From Candidatus Treponema equifaecale (GTDB lineage: Bacteria > Spirochaetota > Spirochaetia > Treponematales > Treponemataceae), in contig JAGHUJ010000052.1 in assembly GCA_018064905.1 (NCBI GenBank), forward strand, positions 13,998 through 77,997: a stretch of DNA of 64,000 nucleotides, in the 5' to 3' direction. Shown piece by piece: positions 38,563-48,214 of this stretch. The notes below the pieces were generated by a model. The model was given only the letters and a program-made list of their open reading frames with translations, ran no database searches and was not told the DNA's origin. How positions within the stretch are numbered: the stretch's first letter is position 1; every line of letters begins with the position of its first letter. The translations under genes were made by a program, and so were the position numbers.

Positions 38563-38615
38563 ACTGCGAGAGCGGAGTTGTTTTTGACCATCCGTGATAA
38601 AAATAAGGGTTTAAT

Positions 38616-39185
38616 ATGAAAATTTATAAGCTTGGCGAAGAAGTTTTGCGCCAGAAATGTGAACCGGTTGCAGAAATTACAGATTCTCTCCGTGAAACTT
38701 TTAATGAAATGTTTGAGACAATGATTGAAGCTGATGGTGTTGGACTTGCAGCCCCACAGATTGGCATTGCACAGAGATTCTTTGTAATCATTTCTGACGA
38801 TGATGTTCGCCGTGTTTTTGTAAACCCACAGATTATTTCCACAAGTAACGAGCTTTGTGACTATGAGGAAGGTTGTCTTTCAATGCCTGGATTTAACGAG
38901 AATATCCGCCGACCTGCAAAGGTAACGGTTCAGGCTTTGGATGAAAATGGAAAGGCCTTCACATTGGAAGCAGACGGACTTCTTGCCAGAATCATTCAGC
39001 ATGAGAACGATCATCTGGACGGAATTGTTTACATTGACCGTGGAGATCCAAATTTTGCGGCAAAAGTTACGGACCAGATGAAGAAACGTCTTGAACGAGC
39101 TGCAAAAAAAGAAGCTGAGAAGGCAAGAAAAGCGGCTTCAATTGCTGCTAAACTGGCTGCAAAAGAGGCAAAAAAGGTAAAGTAA
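38616..39185 (+). CDS. def: Peptide deformylase
   Basis: GVGLAAPQIG, EGCLS, HENDHLDG motifs. Confidence 0.97.
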   Translation: MKIYKLGEEVLRQKCEPVAEITDSLRETFNEMFETMIEADGVGLAAPQIGIAQRFFVIISDDDVRRVFVNPQIISTSNELCDYEEGCLSMPGFNENIRRPAKVTVQALDENGKAFTLEADGLLARIIQHENDHLDGIVYIDRGDPNFAAKVTDQMKKRLERAAKKEAEKARKAASIAAKLAAKEAKKVK

Positions 39186-40180
39186 TGTTGAAGATTCTCT
39201 ACGCTGGCTCACCGCTGGCTTCCGCAATGGTACTTAAAAATCTCGCAGAAAACGCAGAATCTCTTGGTGTTGAAATTGTGGGTGTTCTTACAAATCCACC
39301 AAGCACCAGAGGCCGTCACTCAGACCTTATTCCAACAGAAGTTGCAAAATGTGCTTCAGAAAAAGGTATCAGGGTTTTTGAATTTGACCATCTTATGGCA
39401 GATGCAAGAGATGCAGTTTCTCCGTTGAATGCAGATTTGCTGGTTTCCTTTGATTACGGAAGAATCTTTGGCCCGAAATTTCTGGCACTTTTCCCCTTGG
39501 GCGGAATCAATCTTCATCCTTCACTTTTGCCAATGTATCGGGGGTGTACTCCGGTTCCTGCTGCAATTTTAAATGGGGACAGGACCCTTGGAATTACTGT
39601 ACAAAAACTGGCACTTAAAACAGATGAAGGTGACATTCTTGCACAGGCTGAAATTCCATTGGACGGAACTGAAACCACATTGAGTCTGATGGACGGAGAT
39701 GGTAATTCCAGTGCAGTTACACAGACAGGTTCACAACTGTTAAAAAAAGTTTTAGGTGATTTTTCAGCTGCCCTTGCAAATGGTGAAGAGCCTTCAGAAA
39801 TTCTAAAGAAATTCGGTTCAGCCCAGTCTGGTGAATCTTCATACACACCTTTCATAAAAAAGGAAGACGGAATCATCGACTGGAATCTTTCTGCTGAACT
39901 TATTAATAGAAGAATCCGTGCATATTCACCGTGGCCATTGTGTTCAACCGAATTTAACGGTTCAAAGCTTACAATCGTAAAAGCTGAATTGTCTGAAAAT
40001 AAAACTTCTGAAAAACCTGGAACCGTTCTTCCATATCAAAAATCTGTTGGCGTGGAAATTGCCTGTGGTGAAGGTTCAATTCTTGTGGCAAAAGAGCTTC
40101 AGCTTCAGGGTAAAAAAGCCATGGATTACAAATCTTTTATGAACGGTGCCCGCAATTTTATCGGTTCTGTTTTGGGCTAA
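39185..40180 (+). CDS. fmt: Methionyl-tRNA formyltransferase
   Basis: INLHPSLLPMYRG, DEGDIL, RIRAYSPWP motifs; follows def. Confidence 0.95.
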   Translation: MLKILYAGSPLASAMVLKNLAENAESLGVEIVGVLTNPPSTRGRHSDLIPTEVAKCASEKGIRVFEFDHLMADARDAVSPLNADLLVSFDYGRIFGPKFLALFPLGGINLHPSLLPMYRGCTPVPAAILNGDRTLGITVQKLALKTDEGDILAQAEIPLDGTETTLSLMDGDGNSSAVTQTGSQLLKKVLGDFSAALANGEEPSEILKKFGSAQSGESSYTPFIKKEDGIIDWNLSAELINRRIRAYSPWPLCSTEFNGSKLTIVKAELSENKTSEKPGTVLPYQKSVGVEIACGEGSILVAKELQLQGKKAMDYKSFMNGARNFIGSVLG

Positions 40181-40245
40181 AAGTATGGAACAAACGGCTT
40201 TTAACTGATATTCTTTTAGCGTGAAAATATAGGATATAGAAGAAA

Positions 40246-41433
40246 ATGGATTTAAATTGGAATTTGGACCCAAAAAAAGAAGAAGCTTCAACAGAAGAAA
40301 AAATTGAAGCAAATAAATCAGCAGAAGAAACTCAGCCTTCAGAAAAACCTGCAAAGGCTAAATTCAACCCACTTAAATCAATCGTTATTTTTCCTTCAAA
40401 ACTAATCTATTCAATCAAGCATTTTGATGTAAAAGAATTCAAAAAAGACTGCGTTGAAACTTTGGCTTCACTTCAGACAAACTACAAAACTTTGCTGGGA
40501 ACAGTGATTGCCGCAGTAATTCTTATGTTTGCTGTTTGCTGGATTGTTTTTTTTGCAACAGTCCGCCAGCCAGAACAGGTGATGGTGCCAAATGTTGTGG
40601 GAAAGGATCTTACAAACGCCCTTCTTGAAATGCAGGTAAAAGAGCTTTATCCAAAAATTCAGCTCAGATATACAGATAATCCTGATGATGCCGGAAAAAT
40701 TCTGAACCAGAGTCCGGACGGTGGAGCAATCGTTAAGGCTGGAAGAAGAATCACTTTGACTGTAAGCCGCGGTGTTATCCTTGATCATGTTGAAAATTAC
40801 ATTGGCCAGAACTATGATGACGTAAAAATCAATCTGCAGACAATGTTCACCGGTTCAAAACGTCCTCTTATCGTGCTTGCTGAACCAAGCTACAAGGCAG
40901 ACAGAAGCGACGCTGGTACAATTCTTGCACAGGATCCTCCAGAGGGAACAACAATTTCAAATCCAGTTACAGTCAAGCTTATTGTAAGCCGTGGCCCAGA
41001 ATATGACAACGCGAAGGTTCCAAATATTCAGGGAATGTCGATTGGTGCACTCCTTAAAGTTATGGAAACTTCAAAGCTTGTGTTTGAATTTACTACCCAT
41101 GTGGCTGGTGCAAATGAAGAACCGGGTGTTTCAGCTCAGGAAAAATCTGAATCAACCTATCTTCCAAATTATGCCCGGGTTTATGCTGATCTGGCTTTGC
41201 CTGCAAAACCTGTTGAAGATGAAGTTTACGGTTTGTTCACAACAAGCCTCCCATCATATCCATATCCTGTTGCAATGACTCTTGAAAGTGTTGGAAAAGA
41301 CGGAACAAGTCAGCTGATTGTTTCGCTTAATCACACTGGTGGCAACGTAACAATTCCATATATCTCAGAAAAAGGAAGAGAATTAGTTCTTAGCGTAGCT
41401 GGCAAAAAGACAGTTCGTAAAATGGTAGAATAG
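40246..41433 (+). CDS. PASTA-domain membrane protein
   Basis: TM then VMVPNVVGK, ILNQSPDGG, AQDPPEG, VPNIQGM PASTA repeats. Confidence 0.85.
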   Translation: MDLNWNLDPKKEEASTEEKIEANKSAEETQPSEKPAKAKFNPLKSIVIFPSKLIYSIKHFDVKEFKKDCVETLASLQTNYKTLLGTVIAAVILMFAVCWIVFFATVRQPEQVMVPNVVGKDLTNALLEMQVKELYPKIQLRYTDNPDDAGKILNQSPDGGAIVKAGRRITLTVSRGVILDHVENYIGQNYDDVKINLQTMFTGSKRPLIVLAEPSYKADRSDAGTILAQDPPEGTTISNPVTVKLIVSRGPEYDNAKVPNIQGMSIGALLKVMETSKLVFEFTTHVAGANEEPGVSAQEKSESTYLPNYARVYADLALPAKPVEDEVYGLFTTSLPSYPYPVAMTLESVGKDGTSQLIVSLNHTGGNVTIPYISEKGRELVLSVAGKKTVRKMVE

Positions 41434-41436
41434 AAA

Positions 41437-43086
41437 ATGATACTGAAGTTGATTAATTTTGCAGGTAGTTTGTGTTTCTTGCTTTATGGCATGAAGTTAA
41501 TGAGTGACGGAATCCAAAAGAGTGCGGGACAGAAACTGCAGTCAGCTTTGGCATTGATTACCGGCAACAGATTTGTGGGACTTTTGACTGGATGTGGACT
41601 TACCATGATTATTCAGTCTTCTGGTGCTACAACGGTAATGCTGGTAGGTTTTGTAAACGCAGGACTCGTGACCCTTGAACAGGCCGTTGGCGTAATTTTT
41701 GGTGCAAACATCGGTACCACAATTACGGCTTGGATTGTTGCACTTTTTGGATTCAACTTTAAGCTTGAAACCTTTGCCATTCCAATTTTTGGACTTGGAT
41801 ACCTTTTTACGATAATCAAAAAAATAAAGAAAGAAGGTCTTGGAATTGCCATAATGGGCTTTGGAATGCTCTTCATTGGTTTGGGATGGCTTTCTGCAAC
41901 CTTTAAGAATTCAAATGACAGCTTGATTTCGTTTATTGAACAGATTCAGGGCTTTGGACCACTGAGCATTGCACTGGCAGTTTTTGTTGGTGTTTTCTTC
42001 ACCGCCCTGATTCATTCTTCATCGGCCATGACTGCCATTGTAATCACTGTTGCTGCCGTTGAACCTAGTTTCTGGGAATTTGGTGCCGCAATGGTAATCG
42101 GTTCTACAATGGGTTCCACAATCGATTCAATTATGGCTGCCTTTGGCGGAAAACCTAATGCAAAGCGAACGGCACTTATTCATGTCATGTTCAACTGTTC
42201 AGCTTCGCTTCTTGCAATAATTTTCTTCCAGCCATTCCTTAAAATGGTTGACCTGATTGTTCCTGGAACAGTTCAGGAAAATGTAACCTATCATATCGCT
42301 GCCCTTAACACTTCTTTTAAAGTAATTGCCACAATAATTTTCATTCCTTTTGTAAATCAGATTGCAGAGCTTACTCGACACATCATCAAGGACAAGCCGG
42401 TTGAAGACGACGGAAACTATCACCTTGATTTCAATGCTGAGCTTGGTGCAAAATCTCCAGAAGCCTGTGTTTTCCGTGCTCACAAGGAAGTTACTGCTTT
42501 TTCAGAAAATGTTGTTGAAATGTACGACCAGCTTCAGACTGGAATGGCAAATTTTGACAAGTCATTTATTGATGAAATCCATCCAAAAATCCAGTTCATT
42601 GAAAATTACTGCGACCAGATGGAAGAACAGCTCACAGCTTATCTGGTAAAATGTCAGCATCTTCACCTTTCAGACGAAGCTAAGGACAATTTGCAGCTTA
42701 TGATGCAGCTGGTTGGTGAAATGGAAAGTATGGCAGACGGTTGTTTGAGCATTTCCATTCAGATTAAAAAGGCTTTGGAACGAGATGTTCACTTTAAGCA
42801 GGAAGACTTTGACAGGCTTATTCCATATTTTGAGCTTGGCCGTCAGTTGCTTTACTTTATCCACAAGAATGTTTCTAAAATTCAGAAGCTTACTCCAGAA
42901 GAATTTGAATTTGCACAGGAACTTGAGCAGCAGATTGATGATGAAAGAAGGGCACTCCGCTCAATTGCAAGAGAACGCCTTGAAAACGGTGAAGATGTTC
43001 GAACAGAACTTTACTACATGGATATCATCCGTCAGATTGAAAAAATTGGTGACAGGTGTTTCGATGTTGCAGGCAATTTGAGGTAA
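41437..43086 (+). CDS. Na/Pi cotransporter family protein
   Basis: IQSSGATT, GANIGTT, HSSSA motifs and a PhoU-like C-terminus. Confidence 0.9.
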   Translation: MILKLINFAGSLCFLLYGMKLMSDGIQKSAGQKLQSALALITGNRFVGLLTGCGLTMIIQSSGATTVMLVGFVNAGLVTLEQAVGVIFGANIGTTITAWIVALFGFNFKLETFAIPIFGLGYLFTIIKKIKKEGLGIAIMGFGMLFIGLGWLSATFKNSNDSLISFIEQIQGFGPLSIALAVFVGVFFTALIHSSSAMTAIVITVAAVEPSFWEFGAAMVIGSTMGSTIDSIMAAFGGKPNAKRTALIHVMFNCSASLLAIIFFQPFLKMVDLIVPGTVQENVTYHIAALNTSFKVIATIIFIPFVNQIAELTRHIIKDKPVEDDGNYHLDFNAELGAKSPEACVFRAHKEVTAFSENVVEMYDQLQTGMANFDKSFIDEIHPKIQFIENYCDQMEEQLTAYLVKCQHLHLSDEAKDNLQLMMQLVGEMESMADGCLSISIQIKKALERDVHFKQEDFDRLIPYFELGRQLLYFIHKNVSKIQKLTPEEFEFAQELEQQIDDERRALRSIARERLENGEDVRTELYYMDIIRQIEKIGDRCFDVAGNLR

Positions 43087-43089
43087 AAA

Positions 43090-43452
43090 ATGTACGAAAG
43101 TGGTGAAGATTATCTTGAAGCTATTCTCAGACTGCAGATTGAAAACGGTTTTGTTCGTTCTGTTGATGTTGCAAATAAACTTGCCGTTTCAAGACCAAGT
43201 GTAAGCCGTGCCATGAGTCTTCTTGAAAAGGACGGATACATTGAATTTGGCATAGGAAACATGATTGTGCTTACTGCAAAGGGCAGAGAAAAAGCTGAAG
43301 ATGTTTACGGACGACACCAGCTTTTAACAAAATTTTTGCAGAAAATCACAGGCCTTCCAGAAGATCAGTGTGAAGAAAATGCCTGCCGGGTTGAACATCA
43401 GGTGGATGCGGATGTGGTAAGCGGAATTGCAAAATGGATGGAAAATAATTAA
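43090..43452 (+). CDS. DtxR/MntR family metal-dependent regulator
   Basis: ESGEDYLEAI, VSRPSVSRAM, RHQLL, ENACRVEH motifs. Confidence 0.9.
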   Translation: MYESGEDYLEAILRLQIENGFVRSVDVANKLAVSRPSVSRAMSLLEKDGYIEFGIGNMIVLTAKGREKAEDVYGRHQLLTKFLQKITGLPEDQCEENACRVEHQVDADVVSGIAKWMENN

Positions 43453-43529
43453 GCGCAATGCGCAATGCGGAATGCGCAATTCGCAATTAAGAATTAGGAA
43501 TTAAGAAGTATGAGGTATGAAGTAAGAGG
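43453..43529 (+). repeat. Heptamer array (11 units, drifting sequence)
   Basis: gcgcaat gcgcaat gcggaat gcgcaat tcgcaat taagaat taggaat taagaag tatgagg tatgaag taagagg. Confidence 0.85.
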
Positions 43530-43600
43530 GTGATTTGGGCTCGCGTTTGCTTTGCTCACGCCTCGCGCTGGTTTTGCCTGCACATCGCTTTTTTTTGGAA

Positions 43601-43627
43601 CCACTCTTTTAAAGAGTGGATTTTTTA
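43601..43627 (+). terminator. Terminator after the def-fmt...regulator operon
   Basis: ccactct/agagtgg stem followed by atttttt. Confidence 0.5.
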
Positions 43628-43636
43628 CGCCTTTTA

Positions 43637-43718
43637 GTTATCTTGAACTAACAAAAGTTATTGACAACTATCTGTTTTAAATGTAAATTCAGACTATCGT
43701 AAGTTAGATATGGCTAAT
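43637..43718 (+). promoter_or_regulatory. feo promoter with two GTTAG-N6-CTAAC-type boxes
   Basis: TTGACA 43661-17-TAAATT; GTTATCTTGAACTAAC 43637-43652; GTTAGATATGGCTAAT 43703-43718. Confidence 0.7.
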
Positions 43719-43742
43719 AAATAATAGTTAGAGGTAAATATA

Positions 43743-43952
43743 ATGCCTTTATATATGGCACAAATTGGTGAAGAGTATCTTGTAAAAAAAATTGGTGGTC
43801 TGGAAGAAACTAAGCATCATCTTAAAAACCTTGGATTTGTGGTTGGAAGTGAAGTGAGCGTTGTGGCTGTAATGTGTGGGAATTTAATTGTTCAGGTTAA
43901 GGATGCACGGGTTGCTGTCAGTAAGGAACTGGCTGGAAAAATTATGGTTTAG
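43743..43952 (+). CDS. feoA: Ferrous iron transport protein A
   Basis: HLKNLGFVVGSEVSV...IVQVKDARVAVSKELAGKIMV. Confidence 0.9.
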   Translation: MPLYMAQIGEEYLVKKIGGLEETKHHLKNLGFVVGSEVSVVAVMCGNLIVQVKDARVAVSKELAGKIMV

Positions 43953-43956
43953 GAAT

Positions 43957-44071
43957 GTGTTAGGCACTGTAAGGCGGCTTTGCCGGTCCTTTAGGACTGA
44001 GCGTAGCGGAACCTGGAAGCGCCGACCGGGAAGTTTCGGTTTTCTTAAAAACGAAACTTCCGGGAACACCC
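43957..44071 (+). repeat. Family C element between the two feoA genes
   Basis: GTGTTAGG...GCCGACC...GGGAACACCC; interior hairpin gaagtttcg/cgaaacttc. Confidence 0.65.
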
Positions 44072-44092
44072 AAAATAAAAAGCGAGGAATAT

Positions 44093-44317
44093 ATGACATT
44101 AAAGGAAGTAAAACCGGGAGCAACTGTAAAGGTTGTGAAAATTTCCGGAGAGGGCGCAATTAAACGCAGGATTATGGACATGGGACTTACAAAAGGGGTG
44201 GAGGTTTTTGTTCGAAAGGTTGCTCCACTTGGAGATCCCGTTGAAGTTACTGTCAGGGGATATGAGCTTTCTGTTCGTAAGGCTGATGCTGAGTTGATTG
44301 AAGTGGAGGTTATGTAA
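44093..44317 (+). CDS. feoA: Ferrous iron transport protein A
   Basis: RRIMDMGLTKG...APLGDPVEVTVRGYELSVRK. Confidence 0.95.
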   Translation: MTLKEVKPGATVKVVKISGEGAIKRRIMDMGLTKGVEVFVRKVAPLGDPVEVTVRGYELSVRKADAELIEVEVM

Positions 44318-46699
44318 ATGAAAATTGCACTTGCGGGAAATCCTAATGCGGGTAAAACAACCCTTTTTAATGCTCTTACGGGTTCAAATCAGTTTGTTGG
44401 TAACTGGCCTGGAGTAACTGTTGAAAAAAAATCGGGAAAACTAAAAGGGCACAAAGATGTAGAAATCATGGACTTGCCTGGAATCTATTCTCTGTCGCCT
44501 TACACGTTGGAAGAAGTGGTTTCAAGAAATTATCTTGTTAAAGAACGGCCTGATGCAATTTTGAACATTATTGACGGCACAAACCTTGAACGAAATTTGT
44601 ATCTTACAACTCAGCTTGTGGAACTTGGAATTCCAATGGTTATTGCCGTTAACATGATGGATGTTGTTAAGAAAAACGGGGATAAAATTCATCTTGAAGA
44701 AATGGCGAAACTTTTGGGCTGTCCTGTTTATGAAATTTCTGCCCTTAAAAACAAAGGCTGCATGGAAGCCGCTGTTGCTGCGGTAAAGGCTGCAGCTGAA
44801 AAAACAGCAATGAAATACCAGCACAGGTTTGAATCTTGTGTTGAACATGCTTTGGCCCACATTGAAGAAGCCGTTGTGCACAATTTGCCTGAAGAAAAAC
44901 AGAGATGGTATTCCGTGAAGCTTTTTGAAAGGGATTCCAAGGTTGTGGAACAGTTGAAGGAAGCAGAAGGAATTGAAGTGGGTTCAGATCTACTTGCTCA
45001 TATTGAAACTGACATTAAGAATTGTGAAAAAGAACTTGATGACGATGCAGAATCTATCATCACTGCTGAACGCTACAAATATATTGAATCAATCATTAAA
45101 TCTTGTGTGACTAAAAAGAATAAAGCAAGCAAACTTACAACTTCAGATAAAATTGACCGTATTGTAACAAATCGCTGGCTGGCTTTGCCGATTTTTGCTG
45201 TCGTAATGTGGGCGGTTTATTACATTTCTATGGTAACTGTTGGTGCGGCTGCTACAGACTGGGCAAATGACGGCTTGTTTGGAGACGGATATCATTTGCT
45301 TGGAATTGGAAACAGTGCTTATGAAGAAGCCGTTGAAGAATTTGGTGATTCATCTGCAATTCTTGAAGCTTATGAGAACGGTGAAGTTACATATGTCGTT
45401 CAGGATGAAGAAACTCTGGAGCTTTCAGATCCTATTGAATTTACGGCAGAAGATGTTGCCGCTGCAAATGAAATGGTTGAAAAATACGGTGAAGAAGGTC
45501 CTGCCCCAGAAGATTATGGAATCTGGGTTCCCGGAATCCCTGTGTTTGTTGAAGCAGGTCTGGATGCCATTGGCTGTTCTGACTGGCTAAAAGGTTTGAT
45601 TCTTGACGGAATTGTTGCAGGGGTTGGTGCGGTTCTTGGCTTTGTTCCACAGATGCTGGTGCTTTTCTTACTTCTTGCATTCCTTGAAGCTTGTGGTTAT
45701 ATGGCAAGAATTGCCTTTATTATGGACAGAGTTTTCCGCCGCTTTGGACTTTCTGGCAAATCCTTTATTCCAATGCTGGTCGGAACTGGCTGTGGAATTC
45801 CTGGAATTATGGCAAGCCGTACAATTGAAAGTGACCGCGACCGCAAAATGACGATTATGACAACAACCTTCATTCCTTGTGGTGCAAAGACTCCATTCAT
45901 CGCCATGGTTGCAGGAGCAATTTTTGGCGGATCAGCCTGGGTTGCAACATCGGCTTACTTCATCGGTATTGCCGCAATTCTTTGTTCTGGAATCATGCTT
46001 AAGAAAACAAAGATGTTTGCCGGCGATGTTGCTCCATTTGTAATGGAACTTCCTGCCTATCACTTGCCAACAGTTGGAAATCTTCTCCGCTCAATGTGGG
46101 AAAGGGGCTGGTCCTTCATTAAAAAGGCTGGAACAATCATTCTTCTTTCTACAATTGTAATCTGGTTCCTTTCATTCTTTGGATGGGTTGAGGGCAGCTT
46201 TACAATGCTGGAGGAAGATCAGATGGACTGTTCAATTCTTGCTTATTTTGGCCGAGGAATCTGCTGGCTCTTCCAGCCACTTGGATGGGGTAACTGGCAG
46301 GCAACTGTTGCAGCAATTACAGGTCTTGTAGCAAAGGAAAATATCGTCGGTACAATGGGAATCCTTTACGGCGGAACAGAAGCCTATGCAAATATGGCAG
46401 CGGTATTTACTGGAGTAACCGGAATGTCCTTCCTTATTTTCAACCTTCTTTGTGCTCCTTGTTTTGCTGCCATGGGTGCCATCAAACGTGAAATGAACAA
46501 CACAAAATGGTTCTGGTTTGCAATTGGCTATGAATGTGGATTTGCCTATGTAATTTCATTTATCGTAAATCAGATTGGTGGCTTGTTCACTGGCTCCGTA
46601 ACTGGTGTTGGTGGAATTGTTGAACTGATTTTCGGTTTTGCAGCATTGGCCGGTCTGATTTACATGGTATTCAGAAAAGATAAATATAAGACGAATTAG
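44318..46699 (+). CDS. feoB: Ferrous iron transport protein B
   Basis: GNPNAGKTT, NWPGVTVE, DLPG, NMMD GTPase motifs; IPCGAK and CAPC gate motifs. Confidence 0.97.
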   Translation: MKIALAGNPNAGKTTLFNALTGSNQFVGNWPGVTVEKKSGKLKGHKDVEIMDLPGIYSLSPYTLEEVVSRNYLVKERPDAILNIIDGTNLERNLYLTTQLVELGIPMVIAVNMMDVVKKNGDKIHLEEMAKLLGCPVYEISALKNKGCMEAAVAAVKAAAEKTAMKYQHRFESCVEHALAHIEEAVVHNLPEEKQRWYSVKLFERDSKVVEQLKEAEGIEVGSDLLAHIETDIKNCEKELDDDAESIITAERYKYIESIIKSCVTKKNKASKLTTSDKIDRIVTNRWLALPIFAVVMWAVYYISMVTVGAAATDWANDGLFGDGYHLLGIGNSAYEEAVEEFGDSSAILEAYENGEVTYVVQDEETLELSDPIEFTAEDVAAANEMVEKYGEEGPAPEDYGIWVPGIPVFVEAGLDAIGCSDWLKGLILDGIVAGVGAVLGFVPQMLVLFLLLAFLEACGYMARIAFIMDRVFRRFGLSGKSFIPMLVGTGCGIPGIMASRTIESDRDRKMTIMTTTFIPCGAKTPFIAMVAGAIFGGSAWVATSAYFIGIAAILCSGIMLKKTKMFAGDVAPFVMELPAYHLPTVGNLLRSMWERGWSFIKKAGTIILLSTIVIWFLSFFGWVEGSFTMLEEDQMDCSILAYFGRGICWLFQPLGWGNWQATVAAITGLVAKENIVGTMGILYGGTEAYANMAAVFTGVTGMSFLIFNLLCAPCFAAMGAIKREMNNTKWFWFAIGYECGFAYVISFIVNQIGGLFTGSVTGVGGIVELIFGFAALAGLIYMVFRKDKYKTN

Positions 46700-46714
46700 G
46701 AGTGGAAGAATGGA

Positions 46715-46740
46715 CGGTGGTTGAGCTTGTCGAAACCACC
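46715..46740 (+). repeat. REP-A copy
   Basis: cggtggttgagcttgtcgaaaccacc. Confidence 0.92.
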
Positions 46741-46758
46741 AGTCTGCTGGAGGCATAT

Positions 46759-46905
46759 ATGGGAAATATAATTGTTGGTGCTATATTGTTTGTGATTGTT
46801 GCCTTAGCTGTAATTTCAATTTACAAAAAGCATAGAAACGCCAAGAAAAATGGCAGCTGCTGTTGTGGTTGTTCAGGCTGCAGTGGCGGAAAATGCTGCG
46901 AGTGA
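46759..46905 (+). CDS. FeoB-associated Cys-rich membrane protein
   Basis: One TM then CCCGCSGCSGGKCC; start moved to ATG 46759 after GGAGG. Confidence 0.85.
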   Translation: MGNIIVGAILFVIVALAVISIYKKHRNAKKNGSCCCGCSGCSGGKCCE

Positions 46906-46920
46906 TTTTAAAATTGGTGA

Positions 46921-46961
46921 AAAAAAATGGCGGTGGATTTGAAATCCATCGCCATTTTTTT
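46921..46961. terminator. Bidirectional intrinsic terminator
   Basis: aaaaaaatggcggtggattt-g-aaatccatcgccattttttt between convergent genes. Confidence 0.85.
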
Positions 46962-46974
46962 GTGTTACATTTGT

Positions 46975-47370
46975 TTACTTGATTAAGCTTTTTATTTCAC
47001 TTAATGCGTTTTCATCTGGGGCAAGCTGTGCTTTTACACAACCTGTAACTTCTGCTCCTGCCGCAGAAACCCTTTCGGCCCAGTCATCAATGAACTGTCC
47101 GCCGCCCCAGTCGTAGGAGCCGAAGAGAACAACTTTTTTTCCTGAAAGTTGACCTTCAATTGAGCTGAAAAAAGCTTCCATGGAATCTTCCAGCTGTTCG
47201 GCTCCCATTGCAGGACTGCCTAAAAGAATTAAATCCGCAGAAAGAACTTCAGCTGAATCCGCAACATCTGCTGTTGAGAAGTATGCGTCAGTTCCTGCGG
47301 TTTCTTTTGCTGCGTTTGCAAGCTGTTCTGTGTTGCCTGTGGTTGTGGCATAGACAATAGCGGTTTTCAT
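46975..47370 (-). CDS. Flavodoxin
   Basis: YATTTGNTE, LGSPAMG, LFGSYDWGGG motifs. Confidence 0.93.
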   Translation of the reverse strand: MKTAIVYATTTGNTEQLANAAKETAGTDAYFSTADVADSAEVLSADLILLGSPAMGAEQLEDSMEAFFSSIEGQLSGKKVVLFGSYDWGGGQFIDDWAERVSAAGAEVTGCVKAQLAPDENALSEIKSLIK

Positions 47371-47388
47371 AATATCCTCCGTTTTCCA

Positions 47389-47958
47389 TTAAGCAATGGA
47401 TTTTTCATATTTTCTGGCTGCCATAGGAACACTCATTCCCAGATTAAGCCATTTCATGCATTTTTCGCTGCAGGTCTTGTACAGTCTCATCTTTATTTCC
47501 GCTTCTTCCAGATTTCCGTATACCTTCCAGAAACCTGAATACTTATAGGCAGAACTGTTTTTTTCAAAGCCAATGACATCCTGCAAAGGGTAGCCTAAGA
47601 AAAGTCCTATTTCGTGTGGAAACTGCTGATAAAAAGCCAGCTTGTGTAAAAGTTCTGCCAGTACGAAGCTAAATCCAAGTTCAGGATGATAGCCTTTTGT
47701 CTTTAGATAAATGGAATTTTCTTCTGAGTCTATTACTTTCTCCAGAAGTTTTTTATCAAAAATGAACATAAGAATGCGATTATCTTCTTTTTTGAGAGAA
47801 ACAAAATGGCGGTTCTTTTTGGAAAAATCTTTCTGCCATTTAAGCAGCCGTGGTTTTTCATGAATATATAAATCTGAGTTTAAAGAAAAAAGATTGGCTG
47901 GTTTTATGCCGCAAAGGACTGGTGCACCACAATGAATTATTGTTTCATCAAAACTCAT
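47389..47958 (-). CDS. DUF3793 family protein
   Basis: HCGAPVLCGIKPANLF, FPHEIGLFLGYPLQDV, GFWKVY; start moved to ATG 47958 after GAGG. Confidence 0.85.
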   Translation of the reverse strand: MSFDETIIHCGAPVLCGIKPANLFSLNSDLYIHEKPRLLKWQKDFSKKNRHFVSLKKEDNRILMFIFDKKLLEKVIDSEENSIYLKTKGYHPELGFSFVLAELLHKLAFYQQFPHEIGLFLGYPLQDVIGFEKNSSAYKYSGFWKVYGNLEEAEIKMRLYKTCSEKCMKWLNLGMSVPMAARKYEKSIA

Positions 47959-48101
47959 AGAAACCTCAAAAAAACTGTATTCAGCTGGCAGGGAAACTGT
48001 CAAAATTCTGACAGCTGAATACAGATTAAAAAAGTGAAAACTTAAAGAAATAAAGAGAACACTTTTTTATTGGACTCTCTCCGATCAGAGGTACAAAGAA
48101 T

Positions 48102-48155
48102 GTTAGTCTTAGCTAACTTCAATGTTAGTATATGCTAACAAAATAAAAGAGTCAA
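48102..48155 (-). promoter_or_regulatory. DUF3793-flavodoxin promoter with two GTTAG-N6-CTAAC boxes
   Basis: TTGACT (48155-48150)-17-TATACT (48132-48127); boxes at 48102-48117 and 48124-48139. Confidence 0.8.
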
Positions 48156-48214
48156 CTATTCCATATAACATTTTTTTAACAAGACAATCTGCCGTAAATT
48201 TTCTAAAATAAGTT

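Noticed and set aside
43884-44181. Small ORFs between the two feoA genes
   Set aside because: They read through the family C element and overlap feoA.
45290-45530. Acidic insertion in FeoB
   Set aside because: No repeat-derived DNA seen; a variable extracellular loop is the simpler explanation.
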